Positions 60,137 to 64,000 of a stretch of DNA of 64,000 bases are shown in pieces. The stretch's first letter is position 1. Each line of letters opens with the position of its first letter. A model generated the notes under the pieces. That model was not told the origin of the DNA, ran no database searches, and was given only the letters and a program-made list of their open reading frames with translations. Location: the IMG/VR virus record IMGVR_UViG_2660238032_000003. One strand, given 5' to 3'. This DNA is from an uncultured virus (IMG/VR IMGVR_UViG_2660238032_000003). Its lineage: Duplodnaviria; Heunggongvirae; Uroviricota; Caudoviricetes. Made by a program: the position numbers and the translations under genes.

Positions 60137-61543
60137 TTAGCTTAATTTTTTCTTTCCAATTATTAAAGTTAACATAAAAGGTACTACTATAGCTATTATC
60201 ATTGCTACTGCAAACATAAGCATATGTTGTGGTTTAATTGATAAAATACCAGGTAATCCACCAATTCCTACAGAGTTTGCCATTACTCCAGTTGATACAG
60301 ATATTACAGCAGCTATAGCTGAACCTATCATTCCACATATGAATGGGAATCTATATTTTATATTAATACCAAATAATGCTGGTTCAGTTACACCTAAGTA
60401 AGCTGATATACATGCTGGAATTGCTATTTGTTTTTCCTCTTCATTTTTTCTTTGAAGATAAATCATGGCTAAAACAGCTGATCCTTGAGCTATATTTGAT
60501 AAAGCTATCATTGGCCATAAAGCTGTACCACCAAATTCAGCCATTAATTGTAAGTCTATTGCATTAGTCATATGATGTAATCCAGTTATAACAAGTGGTG
60601 CATAAAGGAATCCAAATATTGCAGCAAATATACTTCCAAATGCTGATGTTAATCCACCATAAACTACTGCTGAAACCCAAGAACCAATCGCCCAACCTAT
60701 AGGTCCAAGAACAGTATGTGCTATTAAAACAGTTGGTACTAAAGCAAAAAATGGTACAAATATCATTGATATTGAAGAAGGAACTATTTTTCTAACTCCT
60801 TTTTCAAGATATGCTAGTACAAATCCAGCTAAAATAGCAGGTATAACTTGTGCTTGATAACCAATCATATCTATTTTTGCAAAACCAAAATCCCAAAATG
60901 GAATTGAATCAGCCCCTGCAACAGCATAAGCATTTAAAAGTTGCGGTGACATTAATGTAATACCTAGTACTATACCAAGTATTTGAGTTGTTCCCATTTT
61001 CTTAGTTACAGCCCATGTGATTCCAACAGGCAAGAAGTGGAATATTGCTTCGCCTATTAACCATAAAAAGCCATGTGTTCCTGCCCAGAATTGTGATATT
61101 TCAATAAGAGTCTTTGTACCGTTTTCAAACATCTTAATATCACCTATGATATTTCTAAAACCTAATATAAGTCCTCCTACTATAATTGCAGGGATTAAAG
61201 GTGAAAATATTTCTGCTATATTAGCCATCATTCTTTGAACAATATTCATATTTGATTTAGCTGAACTTTTTAAGTTGTCTTTGCTTACACCATCAATTCC
61301 AGCTAATGCAGTGAACTCATTATAAAATTCTGCTACATCGTTTCCAACAATAACCTGAAATTGCCCTGCTTGAGTAAATGTACCCTTAACAAATTTAATT
61401 TTTTTAATTTTTTCTTCGTCTGCAATAGATGTATCATTTAAAACAAATCTCATTCTTGTTGCACAATGTGATACAGCACTTACATTTTCTTTTCCACCAA
61501 TGTATTTTAATAATTCTTTAACTTCCTTATTATATTTAGACAT
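60137..61543 (-). CDS. treP: PTS trehalose-specific EIIBC
   Basis: HCATRMRF EIIB, ITGLHH, GVTEPALFG. Confidence 0.92.
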   Translation of the reverse strand: MSKYNKEVKELLKYIGGKENVSAVSHCATRMRFVLNDTSIADEEKIKKIKFVKGTFTQAGQFQVIVGNDVAEFYNEFTALAGIDGVSKDNLKSSAKSNMNIVQRMMANIAEIFSPLIPAIIVGGLILGFRNIIGDIKMFENGTKTLIEISQFWAGTHGFLWLIGEAIFHFLPVGITWAVTKKMGTTQILGIVLGITLMSPQLLNAYAVAGADSIPFWDFGFAKIDMIGYQAQVIPAILAGFVLAYLEKGVRKIVPSSISMIFVPFFALVPTVLIAHTVLGPIGWAIGSWVSAVVYGGLTSAFGSIFAAIFGFLYAPLVITGLHHMTNAIDLQLMAEFGGTALWPMIALSNIAQGSAVLAMIYLQRKNEEEKQIAIPACISAYLGVTEPALFGINIKYRFPFICGMIGSAIAAVISVSTGVMANSVGIGGLPGILSIKPQHMLMFAVAMIIAIVVPFMLTLIIGKKKLS

Positions 61544-61563
61544 TATTTTTCCCTCCCTCTTAA

Positions 61564-61612
61564 TACATATACGTACATGTTGTATTTAAATAATAACTTA
61601 TACGTATATGTA
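61564..61612. promoter_or_regulatory. putative TreR operators at tre promoter
   Basis: Two palindromic tatacgta(c/t)atg sites around minus-strand TTGACA (61613-61618). Confidence 0.6.
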
Positions 61613-61836
61613 TTGTCAATGTTTACATTGAAAGTTTTTTTATTTTTAAATTATAAGTTAAATTGCAAATTACTATTATATAAAATGTGAATACATATAT
61701 TTTGTGTTTTATTATAAAAATCAAACACATGCAAATATATAATTCCATAAAGTATTAATTTTTATAAAAAAGAGTACTTAAAATCAACTGATTATATCAG
61801 AAGAATTTAAGTACTCTTATAATAAACTATTATATT

Positions 61837-62004
61837 TTAATTTACATCATCATTAAAAATTTTAGCTTCTCTAATTATATAGTCACATTTGGAATTTGGA
61901 CAAAACCTCTCTATTATTATATATGCTCCATCTATTTTACGCTTTCTAAGTAGCTTTTCTTTGCATTTTGGACATTCTAAAGGAATACCACAACCACAAT
62001 TCAT
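61837..62004 (-). CDS. small zinc-ribbon protein (55 aa)
   Basis: MNCGCGIPLECPKC...FCPNSKC; AGGAGA RBS right after mutS. Confidence 0.6.
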   Translation of the reverse strand: MNCGCGIPLECPKCKEKLLRKRKIDGAYIIIERFCPNSKCDYIIREAKIFNDDVN

Positions 62005-62028
62005 AAAGTTATCTCCTATTTATCATTT

Positions 62029-64000
62029 TTATTGAAGTTTTTTTGCATCTGTAACTACTTTATATAAAGTGTTCATAGCTTCCATAGGGTTAAGATTTAA
62101 TATGTCTACATCACTAATCTCTTTTATAAAATTTTCTTTTTCCATAACTTCAAAGTTAATTTGCATATTGTCATTAGAAGCATCTTTATGCTTTTTATTG
62201 TGTTTTTTATTTGATTCTTGTAACTCTTTTATTTCAGATTTCAAAAATTTTATAGTTTCTTCATATTCTGAATTTTGAGTTTCAATTTTTAATATTTTCT
62301 CTTCATTATAGTTACAATTAGTTTCATTTACATCTATATTTTGTGCATTAGAAATAACTTTATCCTCTTCATTTTTAATAGAATCAGCAGCAATTTCTTT
62401 TGTGTTATTTGAAACCATTGAACATGATGATAATTTATTTATATCAAAGGTATTTTTACTTTCTAAATCCTCAAGAATTTCTCTGGCACGATTAATAACA
62501 TTCTCAGGAAGTCCTGCAAGCTTTGCAACTTCTATACCGTAAGATTCATCTGCACCGCCCTCTACTATTTTTCTTAAAAATACTACACTATCTTTTAACT
62601 TTTTAACTGCTACAGAGTAATTTTTAACTCCAGGTAAAATCCCTTCAAGTTTAACAAGTTCGTGATAATGAGTTGCAAATAAAGTTTTGCATCTTAAATT
62701 TTTATTTTTAGTTATATATTCAATAACAGACCAAGCAATTGAAAGTCCATCATAAGTTGAAGTTCCTCTTCCAACTTCATCAAGTAAAACTAAACTATTA
62801 CTTGTAGCATTTTTTAAAATATTAGAAACTTCCCACATTTCAACCATAAATGTAGACTTTCCACCTGCTAAATCATCAGATGCTCCTATTCTTGTAAAAA
62901 TCTTATCACAGATAGATATGTTTGCACTAGTTGCAGGTACAAATGAACCCATTTGAGCCATCAATGTTATAAGTGCTACCTGTCTCATATACGTAGATTT
63001 ACCAGCCATGTTAGGTCCTGTAATAAGAAGTAATTCCTTATCAGTTTGATTTAATGCAGTATTATTTGATACAAAATCGCCCTTTCCAATCACTTTTTCA
63101 ACTACAGGGTGTCTTCCATCAGTTATTTTAATTAATCCATTTGTATTTATTTCAGGTTTAATATAATCATTTTCTAAAGCAACTAAAGCTAAAGTTGAAA
63201 TACCATCTAAATCTGATATTATCCTAGCGCTCTTTTTTAATCTGCTTATTTCTTTTTCAATTTTATCTCTTATTTCAACAAATATAGAATATTCTAAATT
63301 AATAAGTTTTTCTTCAGAACCTAGAATTTTATCTTCCATAACTTTAAGTTCTTCAGTTATAAATCTTTCAGCATTAGCTAATGTTTGCTTTCTTATATAT
63401 CTACCTTCTGGAATAGAGTTATAATTTGATTTACTTATTTCTATATAGTATCCAAATACCTTGTTATAACCAACTTTTAAAGACTTAATACCTGTAAATT
63501 CACGTTCTCTATTTTCAAGAGCAGCAATCCATTCTTTTCCGTGAAGTTTGCTTTGACGTAATTCATCTACTAAATTATTATATCCATCTTTTATTATGTT
63601 TCCTTCTTTTAATCCTAAACCAGGATCTTCTTTAATAGAATCATTTAATAGATCTCTTACATCAATCAATTCGTCTAAATTTTCATAGTATCCCTTTAAC
63701 AATTCAGAACTAGTATCTTTTAAAAGTTTTTTAATGCATGGAAGTTTATCTAAAGATGATTTAAGAGACAACAAATCCTTAGCATTAACATTTTTATTTG
63801 ATATTTTTCCTACAATTCTTTCAATATCATAAATTTCTTTTAATGCGCTTCTTAAGTCTTCATTGAAACCTATTGAATTAAATACTTCTTCAACTCCACT
63901 TAATCTTTTTTCTATTTCGTCTTTAACTATAAGAGGTTCATCTATCCATTTTCTTAAAGTTCTTCCCCCCATAGAAGTTGCACTTTTATCAAGAACCCAA
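62029..64000 (-). CDS. mutS: DNA mismatch repair protein MutS (5' end outside window)
   Basis: [38 protein letters not shown]. Confidence 0.97.
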   Translation of the reverse strand, partial: WVLDKSATSMGGRTLRKWIDEPLIVKDEIEKRLSGVEEVFNSIGFNEDLRSALKEIYDIERIVGKISNKNVNAKDLLSLKSSLDKLPCIKKLLKDTSSELLKGYYENLDELIDVRDLLNDSIKEDPGLGLKEGNIIKDGYNNLVDELRQSKLHGKEWIAALENREREFTGIKSLKVGYNKVFGYYIEISKSNYNSIPEGRYIRKQTLANAERFITEELKVMEDKILGSEEKLINLEYSIFVEIRDKIEKEISRLKKSARIISDLDGISTLALVALENDYIKPEINTNGLIKITDGRHPVVEKVIGKGDFVSNNTALNQTDKELLLITGPNMAGKSTYMRQVALITLMAQMGSFVPATSANISICDKIFTRIGASDDLAGGKSTFMVEMWEVSNILKNATSNSLVLLDEVGRGTSTYDGLSIAWSVIEYITKNKNLRCKTLFATHYHELVKLEGILPGVKNYSVAVKKLKDSVVFLRKIVEGGADESYGIEVAKLAGLPENVINRAREILEDLESKNTFDINKLSSCSMVSNNTKEIAADSIKNEEDKVISNAQNIDVNETNCNYNEEKILKIETQNSEYEETIKFLKSEIKELQESNKKHNKKHKDASNDNMQINFEVMEKENFIKEISDVDILNLNPMEAMNTLYKVVTDAKKLQ

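Noticed and set aside
1723..62278. Numerous 60-150 aa ORFs antisense to or nested in long genes (e.g. 3619-3906, 16185-16487, 27460-27918, 42868-43239)
   Set aside because: Shadow frames of well-supported genes, lacking RBS or motifs
1..64000. CRISPR array, tRNA or rRNA genes
   Set aside because: No regularly spaced repeats or recognisable structural RNA genes; the boxA-like motif at 12205 is not followed by rRNA

Overview
AT-rich Clostridium-type chromosomal window (genus inferred from gene content), probably at the replication terminus: host genes converge and there is a xerC-like gene with a dif-like site. Positions ~1662-46330 are one ~44.7-kb element integrated by a large serine recombinase into the 5' end of miaB. 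The native 27-codon miaB stub remains at the left junction. The element supplies a replacement promoter, RBS and 25-codon N-terminus at the right junction, and the rebuilt attP is a long inverted repeat. The element is an apparently intact temperate myophage with a lambda-like terminase/portal, a P2-like contractile tail and a C1-protease/cell-wall-repeat/GH24 endolysin. Its early region has an HUH Rep, ParA/ParB with two palindromic parS-like sites, AbrB and Spo0E-like genes, and several morons. A second (tyrosine) recombinase lies next to the tail-fibre module. Inside the same att boundaries is a plasmid/IME-like mobilisation module (RHH regulator, HTH Rep, VirD4-like coupling protein, MOBV relaxase and a protein sharing the relaxase C-terminal tail), suggesting a phage/mobilisable-element hybrid. 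Right-flank host genes: miaB, ybaK, xerC, two lipoproteins, lexA, ynbB-like, hfq, miaA, mutL, treR-treC-treP, mutS (partial). All assignments are from motif recognition by eye; no searches were run.
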